NCBI GenBank assembly: GCA_028534125.1 | Contig: CM052816.1 | Location: 34,412,001 to 34,476,000 of the forward strand | Length of the DNA stretch: 64,000 nt | Source of the DNA: Lama glama | Lineage: Eukaryota | Direction: 5' to 3' | Shown: positions 38,240 to 48,859 of the stretch, piece by piece | How positions within the stretch are numbered: position 1 is the first letter of the stretch | How the letters are laid out: each line of letters opens with the position of its first letter | The notes under the pieces: model-generated | The model's database searches: none | The model's input: only the letters and a program-made list of their open reading frames with translations | What the model was told of the DNA's origin: nothing | Translations under genes and position numbers: made by a program

Positions 38240-40260
38240 TTGCCAGTAAACACAACAAACAATGTCAAGATATTAAAGACCCTTATATTTCTACTCCTAT
38301 CCCCATCCTTAGTCTAAAATAATAACTGTTGATGTTTGCCCTTTTTGAACATTTATGTAGAGTGTAATGTTAAGAGTGTAGATTCGCATTCCAGCTTTAG
38401 CACTTAGACTTCAATTTTTTATCTGTGAAAATAGGGATAATAATACTACCTAACCATGTGATTGTTATATGGAATAAGTGAGATAATGAGATAAATTACG
38501 TGAAGTGCTCAGCACAGTACTTGGCTCACTGTAGCACTTTACAACTATTTGCATACAGATGTGTGTATCCCTATACATACTGTTCACATAAATGGATTAT
38601 GCTATACATACTGAGCTATAATTCTCACTTAACAAAATATCTTAAGACATATGCCCATGCCTATATGTAGGAAGTCACCCTATCAATTGCTGCATAATGC
38701 TCTACAAGACTCTGTGTCCTGCCATGGCCTTCCTCAGTGCATGCTATGAAAGGAGAGACAGCAAGCTTTCTGATGTCTGTTTACCAGGGCACTAATCTCA
38801 TCATGGATGCCCCACCCTCATGACCTTCTCTAATACTAATTACCTCTCAAAGGCTCAAATACTGTCACACTGGGGGGTTAAGGCTTCAAACATAAATTTT
38901 GGGAGATAAAAGTGCTCAGTTCACAACACACTGAACAGAGGGGCAGACTTTTAAATTGTAAGTTTTGATATGTATCGTCAGAATTTCTACCATTTACACT
39001 TCTGCCAAAGTATGTGAGAGTGCCCAGCTCTTGTCATCTCATCCTTAGCAGTGTCTACTGCAACTCATTTTATTCTTTGGTAATCTGACAGATAAAGCAC
39101 TATATCTAATCTTGGCTTGCATATTTTGATTATTCATGAGGACACACATCCTTTTCTTTTTCCATTTTTTTAAAGTGAAGTGAGTCTGTTTACAATGTTG
39201 TGTCAGTTTCTGGTATACATTATAATGTTTCAGTCATACATGAACACACATATATTCATCTTCATATTCTTTGTCACTATAGCTTACTACAAGATATTGA
39301 ATATAGTTCCCTGTGCTATACAGTATGAACTTGTTGTTTATCTATTTCATATATAGTTGCTAGTACCTGTAAATCTCAAGCTTCCAAATAGGACAAACAC
39401 CTTTTCATATGTTTACTGGTGAACTATGTTTCTTCATTTGGGGATTTCCAGTATATATCCTTTGTCAATTTTTCTATGTTAATATTTTTCTCATTGATCT
39501 CCATTGAGTTCTTTATACATTAGAGATATTAACTCTTACCTATCAGTACTCATCTGCATCATACGTTCCCATGGTATCCAGACTTGACCTTTATAATACT
39601 CATTATACTCAAAAGTGTTTAATGTGGTACCTCACTGACTAGATCACAAGTTCCACAAGATCTGGTCTGTCCTTGTCTTATTCAGCATTTTGTTCCCAGC
39701 ACCAACTACAGTGTCTGGTTCATAGCTGCTGCTCCGAAACTATTGAGTATGTTAATGAATAACTCATATATTGCAAAAATTTACCACTGTATATTGTTTT
39801 GTTCTTCTAACTCTATCTCTGATGCCTTTGGCCACAGCTTTTAAAATTTTATAACCAAATTTGTCTTTTTTTTAAATACCTTTCAAGCTCTTATCATGCA
39901 TAGAAATGCCTTCTTTGATCCTAAGTGATTGAAATAGCCTCTTGCATTTTTTTCTATTATATGTATAGTCTTAAGTTTTACAATTGAATCTTTACCTGCA
40001 AATTATTTTTGTGTCTGCTTGAGGTACATATATAGTTTTATTTTTCTCCAAATAAAGATCATGCTGTTTATTGAATGATCTATCTCTTTTCACCAATGTC
40101 AATTGCAACCCTTATCATATTTCTATATAAGATGTTATATCTGTATGTTTTCTTATGTGCTAGGGCAAATCTCTACTCTTCTTCTTTAAAACTTTTTTTC
40201 CCCTAGTCTCATTTACAAACACATTCAGGTAAATATGTTGTCAGTTTATCAAGTCTCTGT
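38240..40260 (-). mobile_element. Old L1ME-like relic with nested MIR (~38355-38550), MaLR fragment (~38720-38930), young L1 tail and L2 piece (~39590-39760)
   Basis: cataaatggattatgctatac..; catttacacttctgccaaagtatgtgagagtgcc; gttctttatacattagagatattaac are reverse L1 ORF2/3'UTR motifs interrupted by recognisable inserts. Confidence 0.7.
39150..39390 (-). mobile_element. 5'-truncated lineage-specific L1 3' end with TSD
   Basis: T-tail plus tttacaatgttgtgtcagtttctggtatac..ttgaatatagttccctgtgctatacagt. Flanked by aggacacacatcctttt (39139-39155) and aggacaaacacctttt (39390-39405). Confidence 0.8.
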
Positions 40261-40865
40261 TGAGTTCAGTCAATCCCTGAAAAGTAAGCCAATAAGCAGG
40301 GCATTGAATGAGGAAAAATTACCTTTCAGTCAGGCTTCCTTCATTAGTTTTCCAGCTTTGAGATGCACAGCTTTGAAAGATCCATAGTCCTACCCATCTG
40401 ACCTGCTTCACAGGGTTATCATGAGACAAGAGAGTGCAAATTAATCTATGTATTAAAGTGCTCTAAAAATTAGAAGCTCCTAGGAAGTGAAAATTATTCA
40501 TAGTCTCTATTATTGACAAATATCCAACCATTTCATCTTGAGAAAATTTACCTCAAAATTAATTGGAAATAGATGAGTAAATTTCAGTGGTAAATGACGG
40601 CAAATCCCTAAAAACATTTTCCTGTTTCTATTCCAAGCCGTGCTCTAAACTGCCAGTGGATAAGTAATCCCACAGAATGAATCAAGTACTGAAGGGGTCC
40701 TTGTCTAGTTTTGTGCCTCTCTCATTTCGGCAGAGCGCTGTGTCTGCCACAAATCAGCACAACCCTGCAGCCCTCCATTCTCTGACAGGGTCCCCGGGGA
40801 GACGGGAAGGCCCGAGGTGCTTCTCCCGACAGGCAGTGGGAGGACTGGATAGATGTGCTTGGAGT

Positions 40866-41320
40866 ACTATACTCGTTTCCTGAGGCTTCACCAACAAATT
40901 TCCACAAACTGGGTGGCTCAAAACAACAGAAATCTATTCTCTCAGTTCTGGAGGCCAGAAGTCTGCAATCGAAATGTCAGCAGGGCGGCACTCCCTCTGG
41001 AGGGTCTAAAGGAGAATCCCCTCGTGACTCTCACTGAGCCTCTGGTAGCTGTCAGCCGTCCTTGACTTGGGGCCGCACCACTCTAGTCTCTGCCTCCGTG
41101 GTCACATTGCCTCCTCCTTGCTGTGTTTTCCGTTGTTTGTATGGATACTTGCATTAGATTTAGGGCCCACCCAGATAATGCATCTCATCTCAAGGTCTTT
41201 AATTTAATTACACCTGCAAAGGCCGTTTCCCCACATAAGGTAACACCAGCAGGTTCCAGGAATTAGCATGTTAGACAAATCTTTTGGGACCCCCGCCCCA
41301 TTCAACCCCACTCCAAACAC
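40866..41320 (-). mobile_element. MLT1C/D-like MaLR solo LTR
   Basis: ccacaaactgggtggctcaaaacaacagaaatctattctctcagttctggaggccagaagtctg..tttagggcccacccagataat..ccattcaaccc. Confidence 0.85.
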
Positions 41321-42519
41321 CTTATCATAGGAAGAGATTGGGCTCAGTACGAGCTGTGCTTCCTCAACTTGAGACTCAACAGGTCACAGCTGATAGTGGT
41401 CAAATAGAAGTTCTTCCCCAAATGGTGGGCATGAAGTTCTGACGTTTTTCTCTTTCTAAAATACACATATAGCTTCTCTCTGACTCAAACTTGACTGAGG
41501 TTGAATTCAAAGATATACATCTAATTATCTCCTTCTTGCTCCCAGTCCAAATCTTCATACCCTAAACAGAAAAGAATCAAGACAGGATCACCATACACTA
41601 ACACTTCCTGCTTCAAACCACCATGATGCATTATTAGAACAAGATACAATCCCATTATCAGCCTCCTCGTGAAATCCTCTTTGTGTAAGGCAATAGCTCA
41701 GGCATTTCTCACAAGGTAGCCTGTATTTTTTCCTAAGCAGTTCTTTTCCTTAATCTTTCAGGGCCAAGCTACACCACAACTGATGTTATAACCACAGATG
41801 GCCAAAGACTAAGATTTCTGGAGATTTAAAGTGACTTCTTGTCTTAGTCCTTCAATGGAAAAATCTGTTCCACAGATCCCTTCACTGATCTGAAGCCCAC
41901 AATATATAGGAACTGTTGGTGCTGATTTGCAGCTTGAAATTCAATGGTTTCCACACAATCCTTCCAGGATTTTTTATATTATTCTTCACACTCAACTGTC
42001 ATTCTCCCTAGAGAAAACTTCAGACTTGGGTGGTTTCAGTGGTAGGAAACAATGGCATTCACAAAAACAGAACAAGACAAAAATAAACTTTTACATCAAA
42101 CACATCATTCTATCCCCATTCTCAAACATCTATCTACCCAAAGGTGCCATACCCCAAACATGCAAAAATAGGACTTCAAAAGGTTATTTGGCAAGAGCTG
42201 TGAGCGTTGTCATGGAGAACTGGTAAAAATGCATTTTATTTGATCGGTTAAAATAGCTTTCTGCAAACCAGAAAAAGTGTTTAGGAAACCTTTTAAGTTG
42301 GAAACTTGGCAGTGTGGCTTTAATTAGCAGATCAGGAAAAAAGATTTCTTAGGAGGTGGAGTGACTTTTCCAAGGTCCCACAGCTACTTTTTGACAGAAG
42401 CGAGACTAGAATCTAGATGGCCGGGCTCCCAATCTAGTGCTCTTTCCACTTCTACTGCCACATTTTCCTTTCTTTTATTAAAGTATTCTCTGAAGTGACA
42501 ACTCGAGGGATTCCACATC

Positions 42520-42699
42520 AAGCTGACTGTATAGTCAGATAGATAAGATGCGTACAACTACTCAACTCTGCCTCTGTAGCCATCCAGCATCCATAAAATG
42601 TATGTACTGAATGGCATGACTTCGTTCCAATAAAACTTCACTTATACCAACAGGCAGTAGGCTAGCTTTGTCCTGTGTACTGTAATTCTCAGACCCCTG
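42520..42699 (+). mobile_element. MER58A-like hAT-Charlie fragment, flanked by MIR pieces
   Basis: caactactcaactctgcc..gttccaataaaactt..gacccctg terminus. Confidence 0.7.
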
Positions 42700-45589
42700 C
42701 TAGACCAAGATTGGAATTCATTAACCTTCACTTTCCTTTTCCGTAAAATGGGTATAATAATAGTACAGCCTTTCTAGGGTGGCTGTAAGACATATCTAAA
42801 CATGCCAGGTGTTTCCAGTGCCTGGCACATAACACTCAGTAAATGTTGGCAATTATTATTATCATCACATTTTTCTTCTGGCCATGTCTTCTGAAAAAGG
42901 AAGAGGAAAAGGAATCAACATCTAGTGATCCTTTCTCTTTCCATGCCCCCTGACGATATCTGTCCCCTGCCTGAGCCTCCCGCTGCTTAACAAACATTCC
43001 CAGGCAGCTGACTGTCACAGTCACACAGATGGCAACATCAGACCCTGGCGGCTGGAGACAGACGGTTTGCCTTCCATTTGGAACCCTGGCAAGTTCGGAA
43101 CTCCTACAGCCTCCTGGCTCTGTGATACCAGGTGCTCAAATAGGGAGTTTTCTTTTTAAATATTGAAAGCCTTTCATGTTCATTGTTTATCTCTAGAGAC
43201 TTTAATGAAGCCAGGTGCATAGTTTCAAAGACCAGCTATCTTTGCTGATACCACCATGCCCCTCCCGTTCCCTTCTAATTTGAATCATTGTATCCAAAGG
43301 GCTCCATGCTCCTCATACTTGTTAAAGCTGCAAGAACTGGGGCTACAACTTTGTTGAAACCTCACTCACCTCTCATTGTGCAAACGGGGGGGGGGGGCGG
43401 TTCAGGACAAAGTGAGCTAGCCTTTCACCTTATATAGATTTTACTGAATTATAAAGCCTCATAGTTATCACACGTCAGTGACACAGGCCCAAGAGATTGC
43501 ATTGTGGCAAGGTTCTACTAAACTATAAAATATTAGACCCTTTTAAAACTAAAAGTATTTTAATAATGTGTCTTAGTAATTCTTGGATCTCTTGTCTGGG
43601 TGACAAATACTCTAGAGTTTGTGGTTGACAAATTAAACCCTAGAGACAGTCCTGAAGTAGGTTGACCGTGGACTAATGAAAGCAGCCAGTTACTTCAGTA
43701 CCCTGTTCTGCCCAAGCTTAGATTCGATGCTACAATTTCACTAATAAAATCACTACAGAGTTCTGGAGTCAACAGTCTCATACATAAGAAATTTACATTT
43801 CATAATTGCCTTAATCAAGCATCACATGGCTACAATGAAAAAAATCACAAATCCAGATATATATGTTCTTTTCTTCATAATTATTGGCAATTATTAAGGT
43901 TTCCTGAAAACTACACAAGTGCTTTTTTTTCTGTCACCTTCTTCAATGTGTTTACAGATCACCATTAATGTGCATATTACTACATCTCTATTTTCCTCTG
44001 TGGAGTCCAAAGTCTAGATACAGGTTATGGAGAGGCTTTAAATTACACAGAAACATTTCCACTCTAACTGTCAATGATTTCCTTTCACAAAACTTCCACC
44101 AGACATGAGATATCTTGTTTTTGTGCTGTTGGTGTCATGCCACCTCCCTCTCCCACATCTAGTTGGTGATACACTTATATTCTTCCAGGCTCGGCTCAAA
44201 TCCTCCCACTTCCTCTCCTGCTCCCCTTGTCACTCCAGATGGAAGCAAAGTCTCCTTCCTCTGTACTCTGAGTGTCTATGGTTTGTGCCGCCAGAACTAA
44301 CGTGACCCTCTTGCTGTCTGATCTTATGGTACCTTAACGCCGTGCAGGACTTCTCTCCCTTACTAGACAGGAGAGCGAGATTATTTAAATCCCACTCCCC
44401 CAAAGCCCAGCACAGGTACCCTGCCCAAATGACAACTGTCGTTAATCTTTACTGAATGCTCAACACAGAATCTAAAACAAATTGCCTTTAGGCTCTATTA
44501 AAGGGAGCCCATAAATTCAATGAGGATGAATTTGTAGATTTTCTTAAGAAAATAGATTAAAACTTCAAAGTAATCTTATTAACTGTACTTTAAAAATCCC
44601 TTTAGAAAGACAAAATAAATGAGTCAAATCGCTTTTCTGGAAAACTCACTTCCATACAGCCAGCCGTAAATGATTTCAGTCCGGCATGTGGCAAGGACAT
44701 CCACCCCAACAAAGACAAGCGCTCTGATCTTCTGCTCCAGAGGGGAGTTTTGGATCAAAACAAAAGCCTCCCCTCAACTTCAGATCAGGCTTTGAAAGCC
44801 AACCAATGAGGGCTCCATTCAGTTTAGAAAAAGAGTTTCACACATCCAGACCCTAGAGACACATCTTGCTTGCTAGCATTACCATTTAGATTTGGGACCG
44901 GAAAATGAGCCCTGAGGCTAAGCTTATGAATAAAAAATTGGAAAGCTACACAAAGCATAGGCGCCAAGAACACTAGGCTCCATGTAAGGCCCTTAAAATA
45001 TGCCTTTAAAATAGCACTGTTACAATTTCTCTCCTTTGCCTGGTTTGGAGATTCAAAAATTCACTTACAGTCCTTCAGTGATTTAAATCTATTTGGAAAA
45101 GAAATTGTAAAATATTTAAAGAGTTAGCTGACATACTTCAAAGAGGCTAGCCCCCACCGACTAGTTGCTCCCACCTGAGCCCTTTGGTCCTCTTCCCCTC
45201 TGCCTCCAGATTTTGCTTATCATTTGTCATGTTCATCTCATGACACAGGAGCCAGCCCCAATTCCACGTTTGATTCAACACACTCCCTAAGTGCCTACAC
45301 CAAGGGAACTCTGCAATCTTCAGGCATTTTGCTGGTACACACATCCTGGATTCATTTTGGATTTTTTAAAATCCATCTCATCTTATATTTGAAAACAATC
45401 TATACACAATATTAGTAATTAAGAACAGTTTCATTAAACATCTTGAGCAAATGTGCAAGGCGGTGGGAGCAAAAGGGACAATGAGGCCGTGTTCTGAGAA
45501 GCTGACTTTACAACCAAGCTTAATCAGGTGAGTAGACATGCACCCATTCTAACCAGAGCGTGGTGCTGAGGCAGTAGGGAGGAGCGATG

Positions 45590-46075
45590 GTTTAAATGCT
45601 TTCAGCTCTTTGTAAGGGTAATGCTAAACTCAAAAGTGTTTTAAATACTAAAGTGACATTATTTCACATAACAAGAAGGTTGGAGTTGGTTCATTCCGCA
45701 GCTCAATTATCATCAGGAAACTAGGCTCTACTCACCTTTCAGCTGGTCATCCAGTTGACTTTTGTCCTCAGGCTTGTCTCTGCAGGGTTGCAGAATGGCT
45801 GCAGCAGTTCCGGCATCAACGTGCACACAATACTTCCTTTGAACACTATTGCTTGAGGGTAAGATGCCCTCCCGTTTTGGAGAGGAAGAGCTCTCTCTCA
45901 GAAACCCCCAACTGACTTCCCATGATAGTTCTTTGACCAAAATTCTGTCACATGGCAATTCCCAAATCCATCATCAAGCCTAAGGAAGGAAATGATCATG
46001 ACTAGCTTAGGCCAATCACAATTCACCTCCTGAGGCTCATGTCTGAGATATGAATAAAATCAGGATTTTATTAGC
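45590..46075 (-). mobile_element. MLT1K/L-like MaLR LTR
   Basis: tttcacataacaagaag..aatggctgcagcagttccggcatc..aattctgtcacatggc..ataaaatcagg. Confidence 0.6.
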
Positions 46076-46495
46076 AAAGAAGAAGCCATAGGGGCAGTGG
46101 CTGGTTGATAAGCAACTACAATATCTTCCAGAAAGAGGTCATATCCTTTGGGGAAATTGGGAATGCAGCTTGAAACATTTATGCTTTAATTTCTGGTTAT
46201 GGGACCTTCCTGAGGGTTTCTGAGCAGGAAAATAACACGAATAAATACAATTAAGATGTAAGGGACTTTGCAGCCTTCTATTCTGAAAATTGCAATTTTT
46301 GTTTCTCAACATTTAGTGGTGATAAACATTTTCATCAATTTACTGAACACGTGTTTTCTGAACCCCTGCTGTTCCAAGTGTGGGGACACAAGGCTGAGCA
46401 AACAGCTGGAGTTCCTGCCCTCAGTAGCGTTTATAGTCCACTGGGGAAGGCAAACTGACATATTTTCACATTTGGCTCTGTTAAGAAGAAAAGAA

Positions 46496-46590
46496 GGGGG
46501 GAGGGTATAGCTCAGTGGAAGGGCACGTGCTTAGCACACTCGAGGTCCTAGGTTCAATCTCCAGTACCTTCATTAAAAAAAAAAAAAGAA
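46496..46590 (+). mobile_element. Camelid Vic-1-type tRNA-derived SINE
   Basis: GGGGAGGGTATAGCTCAGTGG (A box)...GGTTCAATCTCCAGTACC (B box) plus A-tail. Degenerate TSD aagaagaaaagaa (46483-46495) / aagaagtgaagta (46586-46598). Inserted into an L2 relic. Confidence 0.85.
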
Positions 46591-46864
46591 GTGAAGTATT
46601 CAGTGAAGAAGTGGAGCTGGGGGTAGTATCAATTGGTGATCCAGGGAGATTCTTGAAAATGTGACAAAAAACCGGAACAACAAGGAGCCTGCCACAGGAA
46701 GATCTGAAAGCAGGATCTTTGAAGCAGAGGAAAGACCCAAAGAAAAATAATTCAGTGTATCAGGGTTCCCTATCCTCCACATCCTTGCCGGCACTATTTC
46801 TTGCCTCTTGTGTGATAGCCATTCCAACACGTGTGAGAGAACTTCCTTCTTGAAAAAAATTCTA

Positions 46865-47272
46865 GGCCAGTGCGTTAGTGTGCATGTGTATCCTCTGGGG
46901 GTCTAGGTAAAATGTAGATTATGATTCAGCATACTGGGGTGGGGCCTGGAATTCCACATTCTTAACAAGTTTCCAGGTAATGCCGCTGCTTCTGGTCTGA
47001 GGACCACACTGAGCAGCGGGATTGTAACACAAAGTGTTCTGAGCTTCCATTTTCAGTTGCATTTCCTTTTAGTATTTTATACACACCATGTGCTCCAGAC
47101 CAGTGTGAGCACTGTAACCACGTGTTGCTTTTTTTTAAACTATAATAAGCTATTCTGCCCCTTAATTGCACTAACCACATTTCAGAGTCACATGTGGCTA
47201 CTGGTTACTATGCTAGACAGCATGTATAAACAGCCTTGCCGTTATCACAGAAAGTTTTATTGGACAGTGCTG
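46865..47272. mobile_element. MER5-like followed by MER3-like hAT-Charlie elements
   Basis: ctggggtggggcctggaattccacattcttaacaagtttccaggtaatgc..ggaccacactgag; cacatgtggctactggttactatg..cagaaagttttattggacagtgctg. Confidence 0.75.
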
Positions 47273-47479
47273 CTCCAGACAGCAGGAACTATTTCTAGTT
47301 CTTCAGGCTTGCTGTTACCATGACTTTCTTCATTCTGCTCTTGTTACAGAGAATACACATCCGTCTACCTGCTGAAGTCAAATGCATCTTTTAGGAACTA
47401 TTCCAAGCCTACCTCGTCTATGGGACCTTTCCTGAAACTGAAGCTAAGTGTGCATTCTGCTTCCTTTAAATTTGCACAT

Positions 47480-47925
47480 TTGTGTGTTCTCTTCAGTGTA
47501 TTTCTATTGTATTTTGCCTGCCTATTATCCAAACCATCCTAGCATCCAGCTTTTTCCTCTGGTTGTAGAAACCCATTTCGATGGCATTTTCTCACCTATT
47601 TTGTCCACGTGATTCAGTTGAACCTAAATCTACCACTACCCACCATCATTAGGATATGAGCCAGATGATTGTCAGTAACGTCAGTCCTAAGAGATTTGCT
47701 GAACATCTGGATAAAGGTGCTCTTTCCAGTGGGATCACTAAGCTGGCTGGATGCAAGTCTGGCTCTGCTGGTAGTCATCTTGCTGTCCCATGTGCAGTCC
47801 TTGCCTGAGAATGAGAACAACTCAGAGGAAAGCAAAACAAGAGAAAAAATAGATCCTTACAGTTGGTTACGGCTGTATTTGTATTACAGGGGACAATAAA
47901 TTGCCTATTTTTGCTTCAGCCAGTG
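47480..47925 (+). mobile_element. MLT1I/J-like MaLR LTR
   Basis: ggctctgctggtagtcatcttgctg..ttgcctgagaatgagaacaactcagagg..aataaattgcctatttttgcttcagccagt. Confidence 0.55.
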
Positions 47926-48859
47926 TATACTGAAGGAGTCTTGTCCATGACCTCTCTTCAGCCATTCTCTATACAGTGCGCGTGGCAGCAAGTATCCTGC
48001 ACTGTCCTCCTCCCACTCCCCTTCCTGCCACTCCTACATTCACAGTCACAGTCACCCTTCATTGGTTTCCTATTGCAGCTTCGTAGGAGGAACATGAACA
48101 TATGCCCATCTAAATTAAATTTTTCTTTACCAGTTTTAATATTCAAATTATTTTGACACGTAGATAATCAAATACAATGGAACCAAAACCAGTGTTCACT
48201 ATCTGATGATGAAATTAGTATTTCTATTACTATTTCTCTAGGTTTTTACAGCTCAGTGTATATATTACAAATTGATTCATCTCTTTGTTTTGTAAATCAC
48301 CCAAAACAAGTCTAAACTTCCTAGTTAGCATGTATTGCTCGCCTGGCTAACCCATGTGTACCTCTAAGATATTTATCCCTCCCCTTTCCCCACCTCCTGG
48401 CTTTGAAGGAATTCCCCTAAAACCACTAAGCTGTGTGCTGATCTGGGCCAGAGGGCTGGCAGAGTGATTTCCAGACTCCACTCTTTCAACAGACCTGACC
48501 TTCTAGATCAGCTCACATGGACTTTCTTAGCTCTATGTCTTGGCTTACTCTCACTTTTGTCACAGAATATATGGAATATGACCACAATCTGCTCCCCCCC
48601 CCACCACTAATTGTCTCTGAAGGCCCCCCTGGCACACATGGTGCTGCTGGGAGGGTTCCTAGACTCCAACCTGAGAGGTGACCCCAAGCCCGGATGTGAA
48701 ACTCACTGCCACCTGCCATCTTTTCTAACTAGAAGTGATCTGAAGGACTGATTTATTCATGATGCAACGAAGATCAAGTCCTTGCTACTCCACCCTCCTC
48801 TTCAAAATGTTTTAATACATCTTGTTTACAAGATAGGATTTACTCTAGAGGACGATAAA

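Noticed and set aside
43386..43397. G12 homopolymer (also the A/G run at ~55437-55459 and A18 at ~36314-36331)
   Set aside because: Simple homopolymers with no TSD or associated element; lengths are prone to sequencing error.
46496..46570. tRNA-Ala-like sequence
   Set aside because: Has an A-tail and TSD, with degraded stems; it is a SINE, not a tRNA gene.
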